From Eimeria praecox (Eukaryota): a stretch of 64,000 nt of DNA. Shown one piece after another: positions 46,659 through 61,300 of this stretch (positions are counted from its first letter, which is position 1; the number at the start of each line of letters is the position of its first letter). The DNA lies in NCBI GenBank assembly GCA_963920595.1, contig OY986947.1:6200001-6264000 (forward strand). The letters are read 5' to 3'. The position numbers were made by a program, and so were the translations under genes. The notes beneath the pieces are model-generated. The model did not search any database. It was not told the origin of the DNA and worked only from the letters and a program-made list of their open reading frames with translations.

Positions 46659-46691
<33 letters not shown>

Positions 46692-46762
46692 ATAATATAT
46701 ATTATACTATATGCTTGTTCGAGTAGGATATAGTATAATGTAATTTTATGTACGAGTATAAG

Positions 46763-46785
46763 CATGCATGCATGCATGCATGCAT
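46763..46785. promoter_or_regulatory. TGCATGCA palindrome cluster (also at about 26660-26730, 27328-27360, 47808-47860)
   Basis: Tandem (TGCA)n. TGCATGCA is a known abundant Eimeria motif and an ApiAP2-type binding sequence; function at these sites is not shown. Confidence 0.5.
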
Positions 46786-47147
46786 ACTAATACAATTACA
46801 TACATACATACATATATACATACAAACGTGCATCTATAAATATATATAAATATATTATATTACAGGTTTATAGATGTAAATTTATATATATATATATATA
46901 ATATTTACATCTATAAACCTGTATAGATTGATAGGGTTGTTGTGTAAGGGGACAAAGCCGCCTCCACTCCTCTATGCGCAGCCCCCGCTCCCTCGACAGC
47001 ATATATATTATATATATTATATATGCTATATATATTATATATATTATATAGTATATAAAATATATATTGTATATTATATTTTATATATATATATATATAT
47101 ATACACTATATATATATATGTATATATATATATATGAATATAAATCT

Positions 47148-47195
<48 letters not shown>

Positions 47196-47443
47196 CTTCT
47201 CGATAGCCTACATGGAGGCTTTCTTCGTATACTTACAACCGAAGTCTTCCTCTTAACTTTATCAACTCATACTTGGAAGGGTCCCTGCTTTTCTTAAGGG
47301 GGCATACCAGTATGCTTATATATCTATGAATCTATATCTATCTGTATCTGTCTGTTTATATATATAAATATAGATAGATAGATATAGATAGAAATATAGA
47401 GCTATATATAGATATAGAGATATAGAGATAGAGAGGTACATAA

Positions 47444-47506
<63 letters not shown>

Positions 47507-47997
47507 TGTATATAGATGTATACAGATATAGAGATATGTAGGTATAGATAGATATATTATATATAAATATATATAGGTATATAGATAGATATATATAAAT
47601 ATATATAGGTATATAGATACAGATATTCATACATAGATACCTAGATATAGATGCCCCGCTCTGTTGCCCCCTCCTCACTCTTAATTAATTATTTTATATA
47701 TTTAGCAAGACGTCCTCTGTATGAGCTGCGCTGTAATTCGAGAGAGATGCTGCTGCAGCTGCATGCGTTAGAGTGGGGCTGGCAGGGGCTGCGGTGTACT
47801 GCTGGTGCATGCAATTGCATGCATTTCCTTAGCATTCATCCTCTTAAGATAATGCATGCGCGTTACACCAAATATATATCTGTATATCTATATATCTATA
47901 TCTATAGCTATAGCAATAGCTGTCTATCTATCTATCTATATATCTATCTCTATATATCTATATCTATATCTGTATCCATATCTATATATCTATATAG

Positions 47998-48073
<76 letters not shown>

Positions 48074-48374
48074 AAATAAAACATTTCCGTATCTAAGTAA
48101 GTCCCCCAAGTAGGAGTTTAAACGTAAGATAATACATTTGACAAGATTTTGGTTTTCCCGCATTCTCTCGCAGTCATTTGCAGTATGCAGGGTGTACATA
48201 CACTGCAAAGAATGATAAGAATTGACAGTATTATATTTATTCTGGGAGTGTGTAAAAGAAGAAGAAAATAAAAAGGAGAGGAGAAATAAATATAATAAAA
48301 ACCATCTCTGGCAGATATCTGTGCCCCTGCGAAAGCGACAGACTTTCGTTAGAAATCTCATACTCTACATAAAT

Positions 48375-48434
<60 letters not shown>

Positions 48435-48570
48435 GGATGGATACAGAGAGAGAGTGAGTGAGTGAATGAGTGAGAAAGAAAGAAAGAAAATAAGAATGTG
48501 AGGCAATGCGATAGTGAGGGGGAAGAGAAGAAAGAAAGACAACGAGAGGGCAAGAGAGAGAGAGAGAGAC

Positions 48571-48609
<39 letters not shown>

Positions 48610-48766
48610 AAAGAGAGAAAAGAGAAAGAGAGAAAAGAGGGGAGGCCGCTCGCCTTTGCGTCTTCACGCCGTCACTCCCTCTTCATAGAGATATTTAATC
48701 GATATCTATAATAAATATAATAATATAATAGATATAAAATGTCTAAAGATACATTAGGTTTATAAT

Positions 48767-48808
<42 letters not shown>

Positions 48809-48852
48809 ATTATAAACCTATATAGGATTACAAACCTAACGCATATTTAGAC

Positions 48853-48898
<46 letters not shown>

Positions 48899-48985
48899 CC
48901 TCTCTTTGAAGTAGCAACTGAATGAACGGAGTAAGAAAGTACAGTCTATAGAGAATTCATCTGCAGGTTTATGTAGTTTATTTCT

Positions 48986-52312
<3,327 letters not shown>

Positions 52313-52412
52313 CGGGGTAATCAGAGCTCGTTAATTTGAAAAATTTGACCCAAATCGTCCCTTTCTACACGCTGTGGCATGACCGGGTAAGTCAGCAAGC
52401 CGCTGCCATTAT

Positions 52413-52494
52413 GGCGGTTTGTCCGAGTGGTTAAGGAGGTGGACTCGAAATCCACTGGGCTCTGCCCGCGCAGGTTCGAATCCTGCAGCCGTCG
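52413..52494 (+). tRNA. tRNA-Ser(CGA)
   Basis: Acceptor stem GGCGGTT/AGCCGTC with discriminator G. D-arm TCCGAGTGGTTAAGGA; anticodon arm GTGGA-CTCGAAA-TCCAC; long variable arm GGGCTCTGCCC; T-arm GCAGGTTCGAATCCTGC. Confidence 0.97.
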
Positions 52495-53602
52495 CTTATA
52501 TTTGCAACTTCCTTTGTCTTTCAAATTCTCTTTTCCTGCACGTGAATGGGTTTAGATTTCTGAATTCAAAGAGTACAAGAAATGTGTGATGATGAATATC
52601 TCACATGAACAGAAGGCAGCCGTGCAGCTTGAACATTGCGGCAACGGACAGCGAAACGCAAAGAATCGGCGCCCATCTGAAGATCGCACATTCAAGGGAT
52701 CATATTGCTTATTTACAAAATACACAAAAACATCTTCTTCTGTGGTTTCTGTAGCCAAGTTCCCGAAAAGGCTACACGCAGCTGCAGCGCCACTGCCGCA
52801 TGCTTGACAAGGTCGGTGGCACGGACCGCCAGACTCTGCATACCGTAACTCCGTCAACCAAGGAAGAAGGTTTCGAGTGTGTAATCACTTTAATTCGGAA
52901 AACAATAAAAAAAACTGATACTTGTATATGTACGAGTGTATACATACTTGCAGCAACTAACTTCCAGGCTTCTGTGTAAACGTGTGCTGTGCCTTTTTGA
53001 TGAGGACGAGCCTTCAAGGAAGGTCAAGTGGTGACCTCTGCTTGGCAATCACTACGTATTACAGTATTGAAACTTGAAAAAGCAAGGGGGTAACTGTTCA
53101 AAGTAAAGGAATAAATAACTGCGCCAACTAATAGAATCGAACGTATAGCGAGACGCCTCCAGGTAAAGAAGGACCACGGCAAGCTGCAGCATACTTAAGA
53201 CGTTGAGGAGACCAGTTCACACGAAGCTGCTGACCTGCAGTCCTGGCTTCAGGCGTTTGGGAAACAGAGGCATAAAGGTGTGAGACTGCGACGGGATATC
53301 TCCCTATAATGAGTTGCAGCACACCTTCGTGTATCCCAACGGGGGCAGCGTCTTGCCGAAAATTTTGGTCTACATGGGGAAAACGCTGCATTCATAATTG
53401 CAGTTAGTGTACGCATGAATAGCATGCGTGGCTGTATGCAGCTACGTCCCATCTGTCAAACGCGCAGCAGCGAGCTGTATATTGCATCATTTCTTCCCTA
53501 GGCATTGAAGCTACACCGGACACATAACTAATTCAGGGGTTCTGAGCATGCCCCTCGTCTGTTCCATCCAGCTTCGGTAGCAGTCCCTGTCTGCCGCAAT
53601 AC

Positions 53603-53668
53603 CTTTTGCTGATCCAGAAGTTGCCAACTGCGGCAAGCCGCAGTTGGCAACTTCTGGATCAGCAAAAG
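53603..53668. other. Perfect 32-bp inverted repeat, 2-nt loop
   Basis: CTTTTGCTGATCCAGAAGTTGCCAACTGCGGC-AA-GCCGCAGTTGGCAACTTCTGGATCAGCAAAAG. Confidence 0.95.
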
Positions 53669-54051
53669 ATATTAGCATTCCTCTTTAACAGGTGCACAAA
53701 GCATTAAGAGCAGAACCTAAATGGCATTAACCCTTCACCAGCAGCGCAAACAGCTGCAGCAGCAGCAACAGTGAGAAGGCTAGCAGTATTGCGGCGCTGC
53801 TTGCGGAAGACGCGTGGGCACCTCTTCACGCTATGACGCTACACTGCAGTTGTAGTTGCCGCGCCTCATCATCCAGGGGCAAAACTCCCTGGATGCTAAA
53901 TCCTACACAGTTCTGGAAGCAGAACCCGCTGACTTCGCTGGGAACCCCTGGCAATTTAGCTAGAGTATATACGCTGAACCATGGACCCCCAAATCTTAGC
54001 CGAGTTGAATTGTCGATTTATTTTTCCTTCTGTAGCTGTAGGGGAGCAATT

Positions 54052-54131
54052 TATGTACTTGCATCATCGTGAGCTTTAACTGTGATAGCTGGCTCTATCA
54101 CAGTTAAAGCTCACGATGATGCAAGTACATA
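54052..54131. other. Perfect 37-bp inverted repeat, 6-nt loop
   Basis: TATGTACTTGCATCATCGTGAGCTTTAACTGTGATAG-CTGGCT-CTATCACAGTTAAAGCTCACGATGATGCAAGTACATA. Confidence 0.95.
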
Positions 54132-55313
54132 TGGCATTCGCCACTGCAACACTCCAGTGTTTGACGTTCTGAAACTAATAAATGTTTTCTTGGTAGTCAC
54201 GCACATGGTTGGCGCACACTAAAAAGCGCGAATTTGCTACTGGGGCTATCGCGTCTCATCTTTAGGGGAGAAATGCCTGTATGCTGCTGAACTGCTTGCC
54301 TTTGCCGAAGCTAACTGCCTCAGTGGAAGCGCTGTGCAGATCTACGCATCTATAGAGTTAAAGCCTTTCGTTTAAGCTAGAACACCTTTGCTGCCATTTC
54401 ATATTGTTTTCATAGGGGGTCGCAATCCAAATTCTAAATCAAAATGACGCTCCTTTTCATTGCTCAGGTCTGGTACTAACCCAAGCTGCAAGCATGGAGC
54501 CTACAAGTACGGTGTATGCTTACGGGGTAGAGTTCCACTTATCATTCACAACATAATTGTGCACGCTGCAAACATAGTTGCTGCATATGGGAAAACGCTC
54601 ATCACAGAGCCTTGAGCGCTGCGACTGTTTGAACAGTGTTGGGGGAAACGCTAGAAGGCTGTTATTGCAAGAGGGCACAACGAATGGAATACTTTAAACA
54701 CTTATAAATACACTGGCTGGCAGTTTTGGGCTACAAAGGTTCTTGCTGACCTGTCGCGGCGACCAAGTAGAACCATTAAGTTCGGAAAGATCTTTTCTGC
54801 TGTTGGTAGACAAATCAGGTGTATTTTGGCGCAACTCAAACTCAGCAAGTGTCTCACGGCGCCTAAAAATTATTAGACAGAGAGAACTGTATACCACCCA
54901 GGGGCGGACGCAAAAGGCGAATATCTAAGGCTTTTTCGCCAATTGAAACTGCAATCGGCATACTATGCCATGGTGCACTGCATGAAGGAGCATAGCTTCT
55001 TTATTGTTTCAACCCGCTTAAAAAGATTCATTTGATAAATTTGGAAGTCGCCCGTTCCCGCACATCGGCAAAAGCCAAACACGCTAATGATGATTAAGCC
55101 AATTCTTCACTGCGCTCTTTTGGAATGAATACCAGCCCCCGCCACGTCTTGTCCTTTCCATTTGTGCGCCACATAGCTCTTATTCCACCTGATGGTGCTG
55201 CTGAGAAATAAAACAGAGAAACAATGGAAGCCGGACGGCCTTGTCATTGGGACATCAGGGCTCCAAATTTGAGTAAAACGGTACAGTGTTGTCGTCAAAT
55301 TGCGATATGCTGG

Positions 55314-58300
55314 TCATATGTAGCTCGTCTTACATTTTTCTGTCTCGCCAGAGTGATCATCATCCCCTACAACATCGGTTGACGACCCAGCGGGAAGACA
55401 TGCCTTTTGCGTTGCTGTGTTCGTCTCTGACAGAGCGGCAATCATTGGCTTGTGATTCTCAGCGCCTGCATTGTGTTCTCTGTTGCACGTGCCCACCATG
55501 TCCACAGAAGCGTCTGGATCTCCTCCAGAAGGACTATTAAGCGCCCCAGTGCTGCGCTTATCTGGGAGAGCTTTAGTTACAGACTCTTGCCTGCTCGGTA
55601 AGCCCACACTCCTGTCATCCAAGTTCTCCTGTGGGCCATCATTCGCACTTGCTGATTTCTTCTCTTCCCCTGTATCCGCCTTACTGCCGTCGGCTCCTTC
55701 CGTCTTTGTCTTATTAACATCTGGCTTTGAGGCCATCAAAATAGAGTTGTTCACACCCGAGTCCTCTGCCTTTGTTGAAGGCTTTCCTAAAGCTTTTGAA
55801 TTCACCGCACCTGCGGCCACATCTGAAAAGGCTTCTGAATAATTCCGACCATCCTTGTCTTCTCTACCTACTTCGGAGCCAGAGGGAGTGCCCGCAGCTG
55901 ACAACGATCCTTCTTCTGCATGCGGCAACTCCTTCGCTGGCTGTGAAGCTTTCGAGAGTAATTTACCCACACATCCCTTCCGCAAATCCGCATTTTTCTG
56001 ATCCACTTCTTGAACGCCCTTGTCGTCGCTACCCTCCCCTTCATTCTTAAGTTGCTGGCTCATTTCTCTCACAGAGCTTGTCCGTAACTGTTCGCCATGC
56101 GCAGGTGTTCGGCCATTTGGAATTAAAGGCTTCTTTGACTGCTCAAGCAGCATCCGCGGTATCGCTCGTTCGCCAACACCCACACTAGAAAACGGAGGCT
56201 GCTCCACCGACGCAGCCGAATCCTTCCTTTGGACTTTTGCGTCTGTTCCAATAGGCGCTTCTCCTTTCCCCACAAACCTCGTACTTACGACGCCGTTTGC
56301 AGTTACAAATGGTACCTTGCCAGTGAGCCCTGCAGGTTGGCGCCTACGCGAGACTTCCGCTGGGCTTTCCTCCCCTTTACGCGGCAAAGCTGCAGATGAG
56401 CGGGGAAGGGCACCTACGGAAAGGCTAGGCCTGAGAGCCTTATCCCTCAGCTCACCTTCGCATTCAAAGGACGCAGGCAATGACTGCCAAATACGAGCAT
56501 ATGCGTCTATGCCCTTTCCAGCGTCAGCAGAATCAAATCCACTCGAGGACTCTGAGCACTTCCTGCTTCCCACAATAGAACTGCTACTCCCGGATTTGCT
56601 GCTGTCCTCGTGTTCGCATTGAGAGCTCTTGCTTTGAAGGCGTTTAACAGCTGGAGCGTCGCCCCTACATAACTGATTATCACGTGCAGGCATCGGGCTG
56701 GCTGATGCTGGCGGCTTAAGCACTTCCTGAAGCCGTGTTCCCTCATTCCCAACTGAGCCCTGTATTTTGGCCTTCCAGGCCTGTAAACGCTCGCGCTGCC
56801 GTTCAAGATTTCTCAGTTTTGCTATGCGTTCCTCTTCAATGGATTTTGCGGCCAACTCAAAAGCGTAAAGCGAGTTGTACGCTGCACTTCTACAAAAGAG
56901 GAACGTATTGCCCACGACGAAGTCGTTAATGTCGACGTACTGTCCCAGTGAGCGAATGATGCCATCTTTATCCCCACACGCCGTTGCCCTTAACAGTCGG
57001 GGGCAGTATTTCGGCAGGTCCTCCAAGCGTGCCGCAACAGGAAAGCCAAAACTGCGTTGGGATAAGACACACAAAAAGGCCGACCTACGTTCTAAGCTTG
57101 GGCTCGGGCGACGGGGGAGCCGAGTGCATGCTTATGCGTTCCGCTCTCCATATCTTGCTCACCTCTGCCAATCCTCAACCTTCCTCAGCTCTTCATACGT
57201 CCAACTAGTCAATCCTGTAAGAGAGCATTGCACGCTTAGGCCTCTCTACACAATGCCCCTTCTTGCTTATACTAAACTGCCTTGAAGAAAGCCCATAAAT
57301 AATCACGGGGAATAAGTACGGTTACCGCTTCGCAAGCCGCAATGAAAGAGCTGCCCCACGAGTTCGGCAAGTCACTATCAAACCGAACTCCTAAAGTGTT
57401 CGTGTGCGCATATTCGTTGTATGTGTACGTACGAGTATCCGAGGAGCGCACGACAAGTACTGGTCTCCCCACCAAATCGATCGCGAGACAGTCCTGAACG
57501 GCTTGGAGCACTCGAGCTGCAGAGCTGAAGTTGGTAATGGGCCCACACATTCGTGTGGCAGATGCCTGCGTCAAATTCCGCACAGAAGCGCAACAGTTTG
57601 ACCCTTCTACTTCGCGCAACCATGCTTCGGAGGACTCAGGAGTTCTGAACTGTCCAGCAGATGACGCCGAAACGGGAAACCACAAAACGACATCGTGCGA
57701 GCGTACGGAACGCATCAGGCTTCCAACTAAACGAAATGTAGGTCCCTTGATAGTCGACGATGCCCTTGTCAACTGCTCCAAATCCGTGCAAGACCAGTGC
57801 CCTAGCCAATCAATGAGTATTGAACCATCGGGAGCGACATTCAATACTTCTTGTGCCCATGGCTTTGTGTTTGCCCACTTCACCCACGCAGCCACATCTG
57901 CAACAAGCGCAACCGGAAATTCCGAAATGTGCTCACTGAGTTGTTCCTTTGTATGCTCTATAGTGGTTAACTATGGCAAAAAGGATCTACACACCTTCTA
58001 TGTTCCTCGGTCCACTTGCAAGAAACGGGATAAGGCCACCGTGACCTGAAAAAAGGAGCTGCAGCAGCAGCTGAAGGCGCGGCTTGTGGCTTATGGAGTT
58101 AAGGTATACAGGAAGCCGTACTTCATCCATATCCAAGACACGCTGAAGGTTGTGAATACCCCGGAATGCAACAGCTAGATGCAGCACCTGCAGATTCAGG
58201 ACGACACAAACGCGCTCTACTAGGCCTTTCGAGCTTTTGAAAAATATGTGCTCTCCTCTGTTGGTAATGCTAGGCCAGTCAAAATATGGGTGCCCTTCAG

Positions 58301-61300
58301 CTAGGGGTACACTGAAGGCGCTTATGCATTACCTGTAAGGCCTGACTTGCGAATCCCCCAAAGGAGAGCGGGCCATGCGCCGAATGTGAAAAGGGTGCCT
58401 CTGCATATACCATAAAACAAAATGAGTTAAACTATATGCCATATTTTAAGTGGCTTCTAGCAGAAGAGGCTGCTGGAGAAGCGCTGAAAAATCGCGTACC
58501 TTCAATTATGATCTGTAGAGCTTTGCTTTGAGCAGAAAGTGGCTTCACGGGTAAAAGTGATTGAAAGGAGCGCTGCAAAACCAACCGTAACGAAACTGAA
58601 TTTGGGGGGGGGGGATTCCTATGATCCATTCGGGAATTAAATCAGCAGTAGTCCTCCTGGCAAAGGTTTCGCGCTGACCTGCACTTCCTTATTGGCAAGT
58701 TGGACAACGAAGTAAAAAAGAGCCTCATACAGAACACTTCGGAGCTGTCCAGGAAGATCATCATCTTCGCCTGAACACTGCTTGACGATCATATGAAGTA
58801 ATCCTGCTTGTGCGCCAAGCAGCTGTTCAGTGCATTCAATGTCTTCGGATCTTAAATTGGTGTCCCTAGATAGGACCCAATAAGCCAAACAAATGCGGAT
58901 GATACTTGTGGCCTGCAGTAGAACCAACATGACAGCACCATACGTCTGAATCACCCACCCCGGGGGCAGGCATTGAGAAGTGCCAATATATGTAAGAAAC
59001 ATAATCGTGTACCTCCATGATGCTGCAGCTGAACGTTGATCGTAGCTCTTCTTTTATGTCTGAGAGCCGCTTCGAAGTCTTTTCACTATCTTTAAAATGG
59101 AGTATGCAACCATGTAGCAGTGAGTCCTGCATTTGTTTAGGCGACATCCCTGGGAGACCTAGCTCTTGTGGAGTGGAATCGTCAGACAAAGCGCCTGCAG
59201 CAGGGGGATACGAGAGGTAGAAACAGTGCTTCCCTTGCATGTCTGCAGTGATGCGATCTGAGCGTACGCAACATGCTAAAATGGGGCTTCAAAGGACTGA
59301 TCCGCTCACTCTGTACGGCGATGAGTACAATCTTTAGAAGACCTTGATCTGCAGGAGGGCATTCGCGTATCATGAAACCTGTGAGAGAGATGCCGGTGGG
59401 CTGGCCAGTGTTGTTGAAGCCGATGGCCCACCTCCACTGGCACAAGCTCCATTCGCCTTTGTCAGGAGATGCTGTGGTGCCCCATAGAGCCAAAACCTGC
59501 AGTGCAAGGAAGATAGTATCCACGATAATGGTCCTTTAGAAGAAATTATAGAGTCCCAGAGACTGCAATGGTGTGCAGCGCTGAAAGTGAACAGTATGAA
59601 AATGCTTACGTCGTATATCCGGCTGACGCGTTTGATGAAGACCAGCTGATCCTTCACAGAGAACCCGCTCAAAAGGCTGAAGCCAGCCAGCAGCGAGGGC
59701 ACAGCTCGATCACTGCCTATACGATCCCGCAAGTACGCATGCGCATAGCAGTCGACAGGTAACTAGTACAGAGGCTCCCCAAAGTCACTTGAACAGAACA
59801 GCTAGACTAAGCGCAGCTGCCAGCATAGCCGTACCGTGACAGAATCCCCCCACAACGGATATGACTTGACTCTTCTGATGAAGCAACAGTTCGCTCCACA
59901 CGCTGAGAGCGGTGGCAAACTGTACAGGTGGAAGCTTGCTTATCTGAGTGCAGCTACCGCTAGCTGAAGCCTTGCCGCTGCAGTCCCAGGGGATCAGGTC
60001 GGTGGGAGCGTCGTACAAACCCTTAATCTCGTCAAAGCCAACGAGTCCCCCGGAAACTGTATCCATTTCTGAAGTTGACAGATGCAAAGACTGCGGGAAT
60101 GCGTCAACTCTTGGAATTGACTCAACAACAGCCTTAGGGCCCAGGATGTAAAATGTATGGCCTGTTGAGATGAATCCAGGCTTCTCGAAGACCAACAGTT
60201 CAGTATCAACTGCAGTGGGGGCGAAAGACCAATTTCTCGGCGTTCTGTGCTCCACCCTGGAGTCGGTCACCACTGGCCCAGTCCCTGGCTCCGCATGCGC
60301 TCTTTCCGTAGAGCTGACTTGCTGCGCTGACACAGGCGTGGGCATATCTAGCTTGGGGAGCGCAGCGCCTTTTGCAAGCGACGTCTCTATGGCCTTAACA
60401 TCTGAGCTTGCTTTCGGCGTTACGTGCAGTTCATCTTTGCGCGTGGGTGGCCTCACTGGAACAGCCTTGAAGGAAGCCTTCTTGGGAAAGGTAACCCCCT
60501 TGGTTGTCCATATCGCTGTAGCTTTAGGATTTAGACGTCGCTTTGTTTCCACTTGCATTTCATCCCTAGTGTCTGATGTCGTCAGAGAAACAGTTTGGGC
60601 ACCCTCTGGCTCCGGAGAAGCACCACGTTTGGTGACCGAATTATCTGCTGACGTAGCTCTTGTGCCTCTTCCAAGCAAAGCCGTTGACAATTTCATGACA
60701 TCGACGGACTCAAGTGTGCCTCCAAGCCGAGGTGCAGATGCACTTCCCTCCGAAGCTGAATTCCCTCCCAGAGCACAAGAAGAGCCTGCCAGCTGCCGAA
60801 GCGTCCGCACACCAACAGCTTTCAGCGGTTCATTAGGAATGGACGGCGCAGTACCTGCGCAATTAATTTCATAACAAAAGAAACGCTGCAGAGCCCCATG
60901 AACCTCGCTAGCCAGCTATACTGCGCTGCTTCAACCTAAAACACCTACTGCAGGCAACATAATCAAACCACGTCTTTGTACCAATAGCCGCACGCACATA
61001 CCCACCTCCTACAGCACTACCCCACGAATTCATCACTTCTACACCAGTGCGAAACCCACCAAAAAAGTGCCTTTTCCCAGGCAGGTTCACCTTCCCTGCA
61101 GCTTTCGCTGTGCTCTCACCCTCGCTCTGCTTCTCCGGAGAGCCCTCCGCCTTCCCCTCAGAAGCACCATCACCATCCTCATCCCCAGCACCCTTGGCCG
61201 CCACTGAAGTAGCCGCCTTGGCCCCCAAACCTTTAGGAAGAGGAGGAGGACCCTTCGCGCCAAGTGCTTTAGGAGGCAGGGGCACCTTGCCCACAGACTT

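Noticed and set aside
52552..55298. Short ORFs or a retrotransposon in the P-segment intergenic region
   Set aside because: No gag, RT, integrase or transposase motifs or LTRs seen; ORF lengths are as expected by chance at this GC content.
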